Below are positions 39,950-50,443 of a stretch of DNA of 50,581 nt, in pieces (position 1 is the stretch's first letter; every line of letters begins with the position of its first letter). Source of the DNA: an uncultured bacterium. Its GTDB lineage: Bacteria > Actinomycetota > Actinomycetes > JAVEEB01. The notes under the pieces are model-generated. The model searched no databases, had not been told where the DNA came from, and was given only the letters and a program-made list of their open reading frames with translations. Both the position numbers and the translations under genes were made by a program. The DNA is taken from the NCBI GenBank assembly GCA_964236265.1, contig CAXSDE010000013.1, positions 7,737 through 58,317 of the forward strand, given 5' to 3'.

Positions 39950-41613
39950 GAGATCTCGACCGCTGCCACAGCGACCCAGAAATAGCGCGACTCGGGGTGC
40001 TTCTTGCCGGCGACCCGCAGGTGCCAGGTGTGCTCTCCCGGCAGCAGGTCGGGCGACTCCCAGAGCACCCGCTGGCCGCGGTGGTCGGCGTAGAAGTCGA
40101 CGAGGAACGGCGGCTTGTCGTCGATCCAGACCTCCGCCATGCCCTGCTGCTGGTCGTGGGTGCCGATGAAGCGCAGCTTGGTCCCGGTGAAGCGGAGCGC
40201 GATCGTGTCGCCGGTGACGCTGCTGTAGGAGTCGCCGCTGGCGTCGCTCTCGTAGCCGGCGCCGTGCACCCAGGAGCCGTCGTAGCTCCACTCGCCGAGC
40301 CCCGTGCCGAGCACGTTGTGCAGGACGCGCGTCACACCGTCGTGGACCGTCGTGCCGATCGTGTTGAGGTGGAGCTGATCGACCTCTTGCTCGTCATCGG
40401 CCTGCGCGAGGAAGACAGTGCTGTGGAATTCACCGACATCGAAGCCGTCGACGACTCCCCGCAGCCCGTCTTCCAGGAGCGCGAAGTCCTGCGCGCGCGT
40501 CGCGTCGTTGCGGGCACCGGAGTAGGCGATGTCGCGTGCCTTGTCGTGCAGCGTCTCCACCCGTTCGGAGATGTCCGACGCGCCCTGCGCGGCGACGGCC
40601 GACACCCGCCCCACCTCGCGGGTGGTGGCAGTCTGCTGAGTCACCGCCGAGGCGATGGACGCCGTGCTCTGCTGGATCCGGGACACCGTGTTGGTGATCT
40701 GGTTGATGGCGGCTGACGCGCGCGTCGAGCCTTCGTGGATGCCGGACACGATCGAGCGGACCTGCTCGGTGGCGACGGCGGTCGCCTTGCTGAGTTCTTT
40801 GACCTCGACGGCGACGACCGCGAAGCCGAGTCCCGCGTCCCCGGCCCGCGCCGCCTCGATCGAGGCGTTGAGTGCCAGGAGGTGGGTCTGCGAGGCGATC
40901 GAGGTGATGACGTTGGCGATCTCGTCGACCCGTTTCAGCGCCGCGCTCAGCTGCTGGACGTTGGTGTCGGCGACGTCGCCCTGGGTCACAGCGGTGTAGG
41001 CGATGTCGGCGGCGAGGGTGGCGTGCCGGGCGATCTCGTTGACCGTCGCGATCAGCTCCTCCGTCGACGAGGCGACGACCTGGATGCTGTCGGAGACGCT
41101 GACCGCGGAGACGCCGACGTCGTAGGCCTGACCCGCCGTGAGCTCCGCCGTCTCGAGCATCGCCTTGTTGAGGGTCGCGACGGCAACGCGTCCTTCACGG
41201 AAGAAGTCGATGCCCTCCTTGATGGTCCCGATGACGTGACGCAGCCGGGCAGCCAGCGCGTCGAGCTCCTGCTCGACCAGACCCAGTTCGTCGGTGCGCC
41301 CGGATCCGGTCGCCTGCGTGAGATCGCCGGCGTTCATGGCGGACAGAATGCCCTGCACCCGTTCCAGTCGCCGGCTCGTGCCGCGTGCGCTCAGACCGAA
41401 CCCGATCGTCGCCGCAAGGGCCGTGACAACCGTTGCCGCGACAACAGCTAGCCACGGGAAGGACGATGACAGCCGAGCGGACAGGGCGACGCCCACGGCG
41501 ACGGCGAACTGCGCCGCAGCAGCCGCCGCGACCATCACGGTGGTGCGCCTTTCGTAGGCCTTCACGCGGGTCGTGCCGTCGTTGGCACCGGGGAGCAGGG
41601 GGGATCGAGGCAT
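39946..41613 (-). CDS. Methyl-accepting chemotaxis protein with C-terminal beta-sandwich (carbohydrate-binding-like) domain
   Basis: Two TMs, HAMP (GDLT..DELG) and hairpin tip [37 protein letters not shown]; tail [30 protein letters not shown]. Confidence 0.88.
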   Translation of the reverse strand: MPRSPLLPGANDGTTRVKAYERRTTVMVAAAAAAQFAVAVGVALSARLSSSFPWLAVVAATVVTALAATIGFGLSARGTSRRLERVQGILSAMNAGDLTQATGSGRTDELGLVEQELDALAARLRHVIGTIKEGIDFFREGRVAVATLNKAMLETAELTAGQAYDVGVSAVSVSDSIQVVASSTEELIATVNEIARHATLAADIAYTAVTQGDVADTNVQQLSAALKRVDEIANVITSIASQTHLLALNASIEAARAGDAGLGFAVVAVEVKELSKATAVATEQVRSIVSGIHEGSTRASAAINQITNTVSRIQQSTASIASAVTQQTATTREVGRVSAVAAQGASDISERVETLHDKARDIAYSGARNDATRAQDFALLEDGLRGVVDGFDVGEFHSTVFLAQADDEQEVDQLHLNTIGTTVHDGVTRVLHNVLGTGLGEWSYDGSWVHGAGYESDASGDSYSSVTGDTIALRFTGTKLRFIGTHDQQQGMAEVWIDDKPPFLVDFYADHRGQRVLWESPDLLPGEHTWHLRVAGKKHPESRYFWVAVAAVEIS

Positions 41614-41686
41614 ATAACGCGTATCGGCGCACTTAGTCTTTGCATGAAGACAGGTTTTGCCCTGCGCAGACGGATCGGAGACCGTG

Positions 41687-42478
41687 GTGGCCGCTCAGCA
41701 GATCGCCGAGCGCTCGGGCGAGGCGTGGCCGAGCTCCAGACGGTCGATCCGGTACGAAGTGCTCATCGTGTTCGCCTTGTCGCTCGGTGCCGCCGGCGTC
41801 CGGGCGATCCTGGACCTCATCGGCCGGCTGACCGCCCCGAAGCCCCTGGGCGGCCAGGTGGTGGTCCTCAACGGCTCCCAGGCGCCGCAGCACCCCTGGC
41901 TCGACCTGGCCTACCAACTCCTCTCGATCACCGCGTCGCTGGCACCTGTCTTCCTCGTCGCCTATCTGCTGTCGGCGCGCGGACAGAGCCTGCGGTCGAT
42001 CGGCCTCGACGGCACGCGGCGCACCGCCGACCTCCTGCAGGGCGCGGCCCTCGCCGCCCTTGTCGGCGGCGCCGGCCTCGCCCTGTACCTCGGCGCTCAC
42101 GCGGCGGGCGCCAACGTCGCGATCGTGCCGGAGAACCTGCCCGCGGTCTGGTGGCGCATCCCGGTGCTGCTGCTCTCCGCCGCCCAGAACGCCCTCCTCG
42201 AAGAGGTGCTGGTTGTCGGCTACCTGCTCTCCCAACTGCGCAGGCTCGGCTGGGGCGACAATCGCGCGTTGCTCCTCAGCGCCGTCCTGCGCGGCAGCTA
42301 TCACCTCTATCAGGGCTTCGGTGGCTTTCTGGGCAATGCCGTCATGGGCCTGCTGTTCGGACGCATCTTCCAGCGCACCGGACGCACGTGCCCGCTGGTC
42401 GTGGCACACACGCTGATAGACGCCGTCGCCTTCGTCGGCTACATCTGGCTGCACGGACACGTGTCGTGGCTGCCATGA
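41687..42478 (+). CDS. CPBP (CAAX/Abi) family intramembrane metalloprotease
   Basis: [22 protein letters not shown] and [10 protein letters not shown]. Confidence 0.92.
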   Translation: MAAQQIAERSGEAWPSSRRSIRYEVLIVFALSLGAAGVRAILDLIGRLTAPKPLGGQVVVLNGSQAPQHPWLDLAYQLLSITASLAPVFLVAYLLSARGQSLRSIGLDGTRRTADLLQGAALAALVGGAGLALYLGAHAAGANVAIVPENLPAVWWRIPVLLLSAAQNALLEEVLVVGYLLSQLRRLGWGDNRALLLSAVLRGSYHLYQGFGGFLGNAVMGLLFGRIFQRTGRTCPLVVAHTLIDAVAFVGYIWLHGHVSWLP

Positions 42479-42499
42479 CCACCGGCCGGTCGTGCGGGT

Positions 42500-43078
42500 C
42501 TAGAACGTGCGCGGCTCGCGGCCGGGGCGGGCGCGCGGGAAGAAGGCCCGCGCGGACCGGGTCGCCAACAGCGCGAGAATCGCCACGTCGACGGCGACGC
42601 CGAGCAGCGTGACGGCCGCCGCCAACGCGCCGGCCTGCCCGCTGCCGCCCGACACCGTCACGACGAGCGCCATCCCGGTCAGCAACAGCGTCGCGACCCG
42701 CACCCAGTTGAGTCCGCGGCGCAGCCCGAGCGAGAGCGCCAGGTTGGCCAGGAGCAGCACCCCCGCCACGACAAGGTGGAATTTCCGCAGGTCGCCGGCC
42801 AGCTTGGCAACCTGCTCCGCGGTGTAGACGGGGTAGGCAGCGGCGACCGTCGCCCGGTAGTCGGCGATGGGCGTCGCCAGCGTCACCAGCACGGACAACA
42901 GCGCCACCGCGGCGTTGACCAGCAGCAGGTAGGCCGCGAGGCGGACAGTGCGCGGCGGTTGCGGGCCAGGCTCTCTCGTCCCGTCCGCCAGGGTGCCGCC
43001 CTCGTGCTGATTACCGGGCGGTTCCGGCGTCGGGGCGGCGGGCGGCATCGGACGGTCCGCCTCCTGCTCGTCGTTCAC
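42500..43078 (-). CDS. Hypothetical membrane protein
   Basis: Pro-rich N-terminus, PRTVRLA, four TMs and RRGLNWVR; start uncertain. Confidence 0.65.
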   Translation of the reverse strand: MNDEQEADRPMPPAAPTPEPPGNQHEGGTLADGTREPGPQPPRTVRLAAYLLLVNAAVALLSVLVTLATPIADYRATVAAAYPVYTAEQVAKLAGDLRKFHLVVAGVLLLANLALSLGLRRGLNWVRVATLLLTGMALVVTVSGGSGQAGALAAAVTLLGVAVDVAILALLATRSARAFFPRARPGREPRTF

Positions 43079-43326
43079 GCCGCGTCCTCTCCGCGCGCCC
43101 GGGTGGGGCACTCGCCAGTCTCGCGCCTGGGCCCGCTCAGCCGGCGTGCGGGCCTCCCGGGAGGCTGCTGCTGGTCGTCGTACGGCGTGTCGTTCATATC
43201 GTCGTACGTGGATATTGGCTACGCCGACCAGGTGACAGTCACGTTCGGGCGACTGAAACGCGGACCGGAGGGTATCCCCCAGGTTAGCCCCGGCTGACCG
43301 CAGCCGGGCCGTTCGCAGGAGTCAGC

Positions 43327-43614
43327 ATGGGTATCGGCGTCAGCATCTTCTTGATCGCCGTCGGGGCGATCCTCAAATTTGCGGTCCACGTGCACACGAC
43401 CGGCTTCAACATCACGACGGTCGGGGTGATCCTCATGGTCGTGGGTGCGATCGGGCTTCTCATGTCCACGCTCATCTTCGGCACCTGGCGCAACCGCAAT
43501 ACGACCGGACCCGCCGTCGTCGAACGCAACAACACGGTCGTCGACCGCACGTCCTACCCCCCGACGACTCCGGTCGTCGAGGAGCGCACCACGACCTACC
43601 GCGAACAGCTCTAA
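43327..43614 (+). CDS. Small two-TM actinobacterial membrane protein (DUF6458-like)
   Basis: RBS AGGAG; MGIGVSIFLIAVGAILKFAV..VGVILMVVGAIGLL. Confidence 0.85.
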   Translation: MGIGVSIFLIAVGAILKFAVHVHTTGFNITTVGVILMVVGAIGLLMSTLIFGTWRNRNTTGPAVVERNNTVVDRTSYPPTTPVVEERTTTYREQL

Positions 43615-44564
43615 CCTCCCGCGATTCCCCCGCCGTTCGGGCCCGGCGCGGTGCCCCCACCGCTCAGGCCGGAGGCGATGCCGCCGAGACCCTTCAGCGC
43701 CTCGCCGAGCTCGCTCGGGACGATCCACAGCTTGTTGGCGTCGCCCTTTGCGATCTGCGGCAGCGTCTGCAGATATTGGTAGGCCAGCAGCTTGGGATCC
43801 GGGTTGCCGGCGTGGATCGCACCGAAGACGGTCTCGATCGCCTGAGCCTCGCCTTGCGCCCGGAGAATGGCGGACTTGGCGTCGGCCTCCGCGTTGAGCA
43901 CGTTGGCCTGCGCCGCTCCCTCGGCGCGCAGGATCTGCGACTGGCGCTCCCCCTCGGCGGTCAGGATCTGCGACTGCTTGAAACCCTCCGCCGTGAGGAT
44001 GGACGCGCGCTTGTCGCGGTCCGCGCGCATCGACTTCTCCATGGCGTCCTTGATGGACATGGGCGGGTCGATGCTCTTGAGTTCGACGCGGTTGACGCGG
44101 ATGCCCCACTTGCCGGTCGCCTCATCGAGCACGGTGCGCAAGGCGTTGTTGATGTCCTCGCGCGAGGTCAACGTGCGTTCGAGGTCCATGCCGCCGACCA
44201 CGTTGCGCAGCGTCGTGACGGTGAGCTGCTCGACGGCCTGGATGTAGTTGGCGATCTCGTAGGTGGCGGCCATCGCGTTCGTGACCTGGAAGTAGATGAC
44301 GGTGTCGATGCCGACAACGAGGTTGTCCTCGGTAATGACCGGCTGCGGCGGAAAGCTGACGACCTGCTCGCGCAGGTCGATGAGCGGCCGCAGCTTGTCG
44401 ATGAACGGCACGAGGACGGTCAGCCCCGGGTTGAGCGTCCGGTTGTAACGACCCAGCCGCTCGACGATCCCGGCCCGCGCTTGCGGCACGATGCGGATGG
44501 TCTTCGCGATCGCGATCAGAATGAGTACGACGACAGCGGCGACAGCGACGTACGCGGTGTCCAC
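43611..44564 (-). CDS. SPFH/Band 7 (stomatin-like) protein
   Basis: IVERLGRY, DLREQVVSFPPQPVITEDN, WGIRVNRVE and ILTAEG; start GTG 44564. Confidence 0.94.
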   Translation of the reverse strand: MDTAYVAVAAVVVLILIAIAKTIRIVPQARAGIVERLGRYNRTLNPGLTVLVPFIDKLRPLIDLREQVVSFPPQPVITEDNLVVGIDTVIYFQVTNAMAATYEIANYIQAVEQLTVTTLRNVVGGMDLERTLTSREDINNALRTVLDEATGKWGIRVNRVELKSIDPPMSIKDAMEKSMRADRDKRASILTAEGFKQSQILTAEGERQSQILRAEGAAQANVLNAEADAKSAILRAQGEAQAIETVFGAIHAGNPDPKLLAYQYLQTLPQIAKGDANKLWIVPSELGEALKGLGGIASGLSGGGTAPGPNGGGIAGG

Positions 44565-44611
44565 GGCGGGCTCCCTCGATTGGGGGCCGGTCGCGATGAC
44601 CGCCCCCTGTC

Positions 44612-45034
44612 CTACAGAACGTACGCTGTCGCGCCCCTGATCTCGACGACATCGACGGTCTCCCCCGCCTCGAGGGCGACAGTGGCGTCGCAGGAACGCG
44701 CGGTCCACACTTCCCCGGCGAGTTTCACGAGGCCGTGCTGGTCGTCGACGCGTTCGAGGACCACGGCCTTGGCGCCGGCGAGTGCGGCGATGCCCATCTT
44801 CACATCGGGGCCCTGGCGCAGGTGCCGCAGAGCGACCGGGCGCACCACGCCGAGCATCGCCACCGACACGACGCCGAAGACGATCGTGGAGACGAAGAAG
44901 TCGTCCGTGCCGACCGCGGTGAGGCAGGCGGCGACGGCCCCGGCCCCGAACATGGCGAAGACGAGGTCGAGCGTCAGGACCTCGATGACGCCACACGCCG
45001 CCGCGATGATCAGCCACCACACCCAGGGGTTCAC
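44612..45034 (-). CDS. NfeD-like protein
   Basis: WWLI..IEVLTLD TMs and OB-fold GLVKLAGEVWTARS..IRGATAYV; upstream of the SPFH gene. Confidence 0.92.
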   Translation of the reverse strand: MNPWVWWLIIAAACGVIEVLTLDLVFAMFGAGAVAACLTAVGTDDFFVSTIVFGVVSVAMLGVVRPVALRHLRQGPDVKMGIAALAGAKAVVLERVDDQHGLVKLAGEVWTARSCDATVALEAGETVDVVEIRGATAYVL

Positions 45035-45072
45035 ACCTGCGATTACAGCACGTTGGCGAGCGGCGCAGCGGG

Positions 45073-46041
45073 CTATGCGACGAACACTCTCGGCTGCGCC
45101 TCAGCCGGCTCAACAGGGTGGCGGCGCAGTGGCAGCCACGACACGTCGGGCGCGGTCGCCGAGTTGGAGCCGTAGACGAGGAGCGCCAGGAAAACGCCGT
45201 ACACGGGCAGGTGACCGATGAGCTCGGTCGCTCAGAACAGCAGCAGCGTCAGGTTGAACGGGATGGCGGCGACGAGCACCGCGATCTGCGGGAGCGCACC
45301 CGAGATGACGAGCAGGCCGAAGAGGATCTCGGTGGCACCCGCGACACGGATGAACAGGTCGATGTTGTCGATCCCGATCGCGCCCAACACGTTGAGTTGC
45401 GAGTGCTGCTTGATGATTTCGCGGGCCAAACCGGGGTTGGCGAGCTTCTCCGAGAACGCGAGCACGATCAGCGCACCGCCGACGAGCACGCGCAGGGCGA
45501 GCAGCGCCTTGCGCAACTCGGCCCGACCCGGGAACACCGCGCCGTACCGGCCCGTCGCGCTCGGCGGCACCAGATAGAGGAACACTGCCACGCCGAGGAT
45601 GTTCATCGACTCGAGCAACCCCACCGGCCCGATCGCAAACAGTGACACGGGACCGACGACGGCCAGGACGACTGTCGCCGGCCGGATGTTGATCCCGGTG
45701 ATGAACCACACGCCGAGCGCGCCCTCGAGCACTCCGAGCACGATCGGCGCGGGCAGGTGATGCAGCTCGATGCTCGGCGCGAGGAACTGCCCCAGCACGG
45801 CGAGGGCGAGCAGTGACACGCCGAGGTGGATGGCGAGCAAGCGCGGGATGTACGGCGCGAGGCGACCGATGCGAGCCAGCAGTTTGAGCTCGACCGGCCC
45901 GAGTTGGCGGGCGATCAACCGCCACGCCGCTGCCGCGACGACGACCGCGAAGACCAGCGTCAACGTGACGGGGGAGAAGAAGAAGCTCCAGTCGGTGGCG
46001 TAACCGTCGCGAAGGAAATACTTCTCGTGGCCGGGCAGGAT
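45073..46041 (-). pseudogene. DoxX-like polytopic membrane protein with an in-frame TGA at 45234-45232
   Basis: HEKYF..EKLANP..IPFNLTLLLF*ATELIGHLPVYGVFLALLVYG continues in frame to TAG 45075-45073. The RBS AAAGGGA is followed by ATC-CTG rather than ATG. Confidence 0.7.
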
Positions 46042-46150
46042 GGATCGTCCCTTTCGGTCGGTTGTCCTCCCACTACACCCCCAGCGGCGCGCGGCGCCCA
46101 CGGCCGGACGGACCGGTCTTCGCAGGACCAAGGTCCCGCCCGCGGCCGCG

Positions 46151-46858
46151 TCAGGGCATTGCCGACAACGCGTCGAGTTCACGGACCAGGGGATCGTCGG
46201 CCGGCACGACCACGCTGCAGCTCGATGCCGCGTGCACACCTGGTCCGTCGGCGGACCAGGTGTAGACGCGTTCCTGCCCGTCGTACGCAGCGGGGCAGAG
46301 CTCGGTGGCCCGTGGCGCGGAGCCGAGCCCGGTCGTCCGCACAGCTTCGGCCACCTGCGCCAGCTGCGCCTGATTCAGGCGGCCGGTCCGGAGGGCCGGC
46401 CCGCGCTCGAACCGCCACGTCCCGTCCCGATTCACGGTCAGCTCGCCACTGCACGGGCCCCAGGGGCACAGGCCGCCGCTCGTCGAGACGCTCGCCAGGA
46501 CGGGCCCGGGGTCGCCCGGGGTCGCGAGGACGGGTCCAGGGTAGTCCGTGCTCGCGAGGACGGGTCCGGGGTCGCCCGCACTCATCTTCGCGACCAGCAG
46601 TGCGGTCCCGGCTATCAGCAAGACGGCGGCGGCGAGCGCCAGCGCGACCTGCCGGCGCCGGCAGGCGAGCGCCAGCGCGACCTGCCGGCGCCGGCCCGGT
46701 CGCCCTTCACCCGGTCGCCCTTCAGCCGGTCGCGTGACGGCCGGCGGCGTGACGGCCCGCGGCGTGACGGCCCGCGGCGTGACCGCGTGCGGCGTGACCG
46801 CGTGCTGCGTGACCGCGTGCTGCGTGACCGCGTGCTGCTTCGTCAGCGTCCGCGGCAA
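46151..46858 (-). CDS. Hypothetical membrane-anchored/secreted protein with N-terminal repeats
   Basis: (Q/P)xAVT x7, RRRQVALALA x2, TM, PGPVLA x3, then a Cys-containing domain (GGLCPWGPC, CPAAYDG). Confidence 0.6.
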   Translation of the reverse strand: MPRTLTKQHAVTQHAVTQHAVTPHAVTPRAVTPRAVTPPAVTRPAEGRPGEGRPGRRRQVALALACRRRQVALALAAAVLLIAGTALLVAKMSAGDPGPVLASTDYPGPVLATPGDPGPVLASVSTSGGLCPWGPCSGELTVNRDGTWRFERGPALRTGRLNQAQLAQVAEAVRTTGLGSAPRATELCPAAYDGQERVYTWSADGPGVHAASSCSVVVPADDPLVRELDALSAMP

Positions 46859-46920
46859 TGACCGTCATGGTCCTGTGACGCGGCGTCAGGGTTATGGGTT
46901 GCGTCCACCGGACGGCGCCG

Positions 46921-48279
46921 TCAGCGCCAAGCGGGAAAGGCCGCCGGGTCGGACAGCATGTGCGCCAGGTCCTGCAGCACCTTGGACCCTTCCGCCCCGT
47001 CCATCATCCGATGGTCGAACGAGACCGCCACCGTGGTGACCTGCCGGATCGCGATCTCACCCTCGAACACCCAGGGCTGCGGGCGGATGACACCGAGCGC
47101 CAGGATGAGCGCCTCGCCAGGGTTGATGATCGGCGTGCCCGTGTCGACGCCGAAGACTCCCACGTTGGTGATGGTGATCGTGCCGTGCTGCAGGTCGGCG
47201 GGCGGCGTTTTGCCTGCCTTCGCCGTCTCGGCCAGCCCGCCGATCGCCTGGCACAACTCGAGCAGGCTCAGGGCCTGGGCGTCCTTCACGTTGGGCACCA
47301 GCAAACCGCGCGGCGTCGCCGCCGCGATGCCGAGGTTGACGTAGTCCTTCAGGACGATCTCCTGCGCCAGCTCGTCCCACGTCGCGTTCACGATCGGGTT
47401 GCGCCGGATCGCCTCGACGAGCACCCACGAGAAGAGCATGAGCGGGGTCGCCTTCACCCCGGCGAACTCCTCGTCCGCGCGCAGCTCCTTCACCAGCGCC
47501 ATCAGCGGTGTCACGTCGACCGTGATGAACTCCGTCACATGCGGCGCGCTGTAGGCGCTGCGCACGACCGCGTCGGCCGTGAGCTTGCGGATCCCCTTGA
47601 TGGGGATCCGGCGTTCGCGGTTCGGGTCGTACGACGGCGGCAGCGGCGTGGCCACGAACGGCACCGTCCGAGGCCCCACCCGGGCCGGGGCTGCCGCGCG
47701 TTCCACGTCGTCGCGGGTGACCAGACCGGCGGGCCCGGTCCCGGCGACCGTCGCCAGGTCGACCCCGAGGCGACGCGCGAGCTGGCGGACCGGCGGCTTG
47801 GCGAGGGCCCGCTGTGCCCCCGCCAACCGCGGCGCGGCGACGGGAGGACGACCCTGTGCCGGCACCGCGACACCCCACGCGGGGACAGCGGCCGGTCCTC
47901 CCGGGCCGGGCGGCTCCGTGGTGCGGCGCACGCGGCGGCGAGCGGCGCCGGTGCGCACCCCGTAGCCGACCAGGACGGCCTCCCGTGGCGCCTCCGCGCT
48001 GTCGGCGGCGTTCGACGCCGCCCCCGCGCCGGTCGCGTCGCCGACGTCGACCGTGAGGATCGGCGCACCCACGTCGACCGAGCGACCCGCCTCGACGTGC
48101 AGCGCGACGACGACACCGGCGTACGGCGACGGGACCTCGACGACCGCCTTCGCCGTCTCGACCTCGACGATCGGCTGGTTGAGCGCCACGGTGTCGCCCG
48201 GGGCCACGAGCCAGGTGACGATCTCGCCCTCGGTCAGGCCCTCGCCCAGGTCCGGCAGCCGGAACTGCATGCGGGACAT
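46921..48279 (-). CDS. pdhC: 2-oxoacid dehydrogenase E2, dihydrolipoamide acyltransferase (BkdC/PdhC type)
   Basis: Lipoyl domain FRLPDLGEGLTEGEI..VETAKA, E3-binding AKPPVRQLAR and catalytic FDHRMMDG. Confidence 0.93.
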   Translation of the reverse strand: MSRMQFRLPDLGEGLTEGEIVTWLVAPGDTVALNQPIVEVETAKAVVEVPSPYAGVVVALHVEAGRSVDVGAPILTVDVGDATGAGAASNAADSAEAPREAVLVGYGVRTGAARRRVRRTTEPPGPGGPAAVPAWGVAVPAQGRPPVAAPRLAGAQRALAKPPVRQLARRLGVDLATVAGTGPAGLVTRDDVERAAAPARVGPRTVPFVATPLPPSYDPNRERRIPIKGIRKLTADAVVRSAYSAPHVTEFITVDVTPLMALVKELRADEEFAGVKATPLMLFSWVLVEAIRRNPIVNATWDELAQEIVLKDYVNLGIAAATPRGLLVPNVKDAQALSLLELCQAIGGLAETAKAGKTPPADLQHGTITITNVGVFGVDTGTPIINPGEALILALGVIRPQPWVFEGEIAIRQVTTVAVSFDHRMMDGAEGSKVLQDLAHMLSDPAAFPAWR

Positions 48280-48404
48280 TGGAGCCCTCCTCGAGCGTGG
48301 CGTCCGGGGGCCGAGCCGGTCGGGGTGAGCCTGGTCGTGATGCGCCGGTGGTGCGTTGCGGACGTTGTGGGCACCTTAGTCCAGCACCCCCTCGAGCGGG
48401 ACAG

Positions 48405-49376
48405 TCAGAAGGCGAACGAGCGGTCCACCGCGTCGAGGATCCGATCGAGATCCGGCAGGTATTCCTCCTCGATGCGGGACGGTGGGTACGGGGTGTGGAA
48501 GCCGCCGACGCGCAGCACCGGCGCTTCGAGGGCGAAGAAGGCGCGTTCGGTGACGCGGGCGGCGACCTCCGCGCCCAGACCTCCCGAGACGCTCGCTTCG
48601 TGCACGACGATGCAGCGGCCGGTCCGTCGTACAGAATCGACGACCGTGTCCTCGTCCCACGGCGACAGGGAACGCAGGTCGATGACCTCCACCGACCGTC
48701 CTTCCTGCGCCGCGACTTCCGCGACGGCCAGGCAGGTGCGCACCGTCGGTCCGTAGCAGACGAGCGTGAGGTCGCTGCCGCCGTGTGCGATCGTGGCCGC
48801 GGGCAACGGCAGCACATCGTCACCGGCCTCGAGGGGCGACTTGTCCCAGTAGCGGCGTTTGGGCTCGAACACGATCACCGGGTCGGGCGACGCGATCGCG
48901 GCCCGCGTCACGTCGTAGGCGTCCTGCGACGACGCGAAGGTGACCACGCGGATGCCGGGTGTGTGGGCGAAGTAGGCCTCGGGGGATTCGCTGTGGTGCT
49001 CGACCGCGCCGATGCCGCCGCCGTACGGGATCCGGATCGTGACGGGCATCGACAGCTTGCCGCCCGAGCGGTAGCGCATGCGGGACAGCTGCGTCGTGAT
49101 CTGGTCGAAGGCGGGGAACACGAAACCGTCGAACTGGATCTCGCACACCGGCCGGTAGCCGCGCAGGGCCAGGCCGATGGCGGTGCCGATGATGCCGGAC
49201 TCGGCGAGCGGGGTGTCGAGGACGCGCGAGTCGCCGAAGTCCTTCCAGAGGCCGTCGGTGACCCGGAAGACGCCGCCGAGAGCCCCGATGTCCTGGCCCA
49301 TCAGCAGCACGTGGTCGTCGTCCTCGAGTGCGCGACGCAGCCCCAGGTTGATCGCCTTCACCATGGTCACCGTCAT
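48405..49376 (-). CDS. pdhB: 2-oxoacid dehydrogenase E1 beta (BkdB/PdhB type)
   Basis: GGVFRVTDGL, DTPLAESGIIG, EIQFDGF and EHHSESPE; start ATG 49376. Confidence 0.94.
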   Translation of the reverse strand: MTVTMVKAINLGLRRALEDDDHVLLMGQDIGALGGVFRVTDGLWKDFGDSRVLDTPLAESGIIGTAIGLALRGYRPVCEIQFDGFVFPAFDQITTQLSRMRYRSGGKLSMPVTIRIPYGGGIGAVEHHSESPEAYFAHTPGIRVVTFASSQDAYDVTRAAIASPDPVIVFEPKRRYWDKSPLEAGDDVLPLPAATIAHGGSDLTLVCYGPTVRTCLAVAEVAAQEGRSVEVIDLRSLSPWDEDTVVDSVRRTGRCIVVHEASVSGGLGAEVAARVTERAFFALEAPVLRVGGFHTPYPPSRIEEEYLPDLDRILDAVDRSFAF

Positions 49377-50443
49377 GCCGGTGCCTCGCTGACGAAGGAC
49401 GCGAGATAGGTGGCGTACGACGCGCGCTCCGCCGTCACCAACGGGTGTGGCCGCGCGTAGACGTGATCGAACATGTCGAGCGGCTCGGGGTTGCGCATCT
49501 CGAGCACACCCGCGCGCACCTGCACGGCCAGGGCGTCCGCGTCCGCGTCCAACGTCTGCGCCACCTCGTCGGTGAGCGCCCCGGTGGCGGCGAGGTATCT
49601 GCGCAGCCGCTCGATCGGGTCCTTTGCGCGCCACTCGTCGAGCTCCGTCGCGACGCGGTAACGCGTGGGGTCGTCCGACGTCGTGTGCGCGCCCATGCGG
49701 TAGGTGAAGGCCTCGACGAAGACCGGCCCGTTGCCGTCGCGCACGCTGCCCAGGAGCTTGGCCGTCACGGCGTAACAGGCGAGGACGTCGTTGCCGTCGA
49801 CGCGCACCGCCGGGATCCCGAAGCCGGAGGCCCGCTGGGCGATGGGCACCCGCGACTGCCGTTCGACCGGCTCGGAGATGGCCCACTGATTGTTCTGGCA
49901 GAAGAACATGACGGGCGCCGCGTTGGCGGATGCCCACACGAGCGCCTCGCTGACGTCGCCCTGGCTCGTGGCACCGTCACCGAAGTAGGCGACGACCGCG
50001 TCGTCCGTGCCGTCGCGCTGGATGCCCATCGCATAACCGGTCGCGTGGAGGGCCTGCGAGCCGATGACGATCGTGTAGAGCTGCAGGTGATGCTCGGCGG
50101 GATCCCAGCCGCCGAGGGTCACGCCGCGGAAGAGGCTGAGGATCTGCACGGGCGAGACGCCCTTGACGAAAGCGACGCCGTGCTCCCGGTAGGTGGGGAA
50201 GCACATGTCCGTCGTCCGCTGGGCGCGCGCCGAACCGATCTGCGCAGCCTCCTGACCGAGGCAACTGGCCCACAGGCCGAGCTCGCCCTGCCGCTGCAGG
50301 GCGGTGGCCTCGGTGTCCATGCGGCGGACGAGCACCATGTCCCGGTAGAGCCGGAGCATCTCTTCGTCGCTGAGGTCGAGGTCGTAGTCGGGGTGCTCGA
50401 CACGCAGCCCCGCGGGTGTCAGCAGCTGCACGAGGTCACTCAT
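49373..50443 (-). CDS. pdhA: 2-oxoacid dehydrogenase E1 alpha (BkdA/PdhA type; substrate not determinable from sequence)
   Basis: LQRQGELGLW, GQEAAQIG, TPP motif GDGATSQGD..QNNQWAIS and HTTSDDP. Confidence 0.94.
   Translation of the reverse strand: MSDLVQLLTPAGLRVEHPDYDLDLSDEEMLRLYRDMVLVRRMDTEATALQRQGELGLWASCLGQEAAQIGSARAQRTTDMCFPTYREHGVAFVKGVSPVQILSLFRGVTLGGWDPAEHHLQLYTIVIGSQALHATGYAMGIQRDGTDDAVVAYFGDGATSQGDVSEALVWASANAAPVMFFCQNNQWAISEPVERQSRVPIAQRASGFGIPAVRVDGNDVLACYAVTAKLLGSVRDGNGPVFVEAFTYRMGAHTTSDDPTRYRVATELDEWRAKDPIERLRRYLAATGALTDEVAQTLDADADALAVQVRAGVLEMRNPEPLDMFDHVYARPHPLVTAERASYATYLASFVSEAPA

Noticed and set aside
24760-41660. Integrative island with att sites at tRNA-Gly
   Set aside because: I found no integrase and no second copy of the tRNA 3' end, and composition looks like the flanks. 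Only the position is suggestive.
45232-45234. Selenocysteine codon
   Set aside because: It lies in a hydrophobic FG-like context with no redox motif, and no evident SECIS follows. A Gly codon mutation is simpler.
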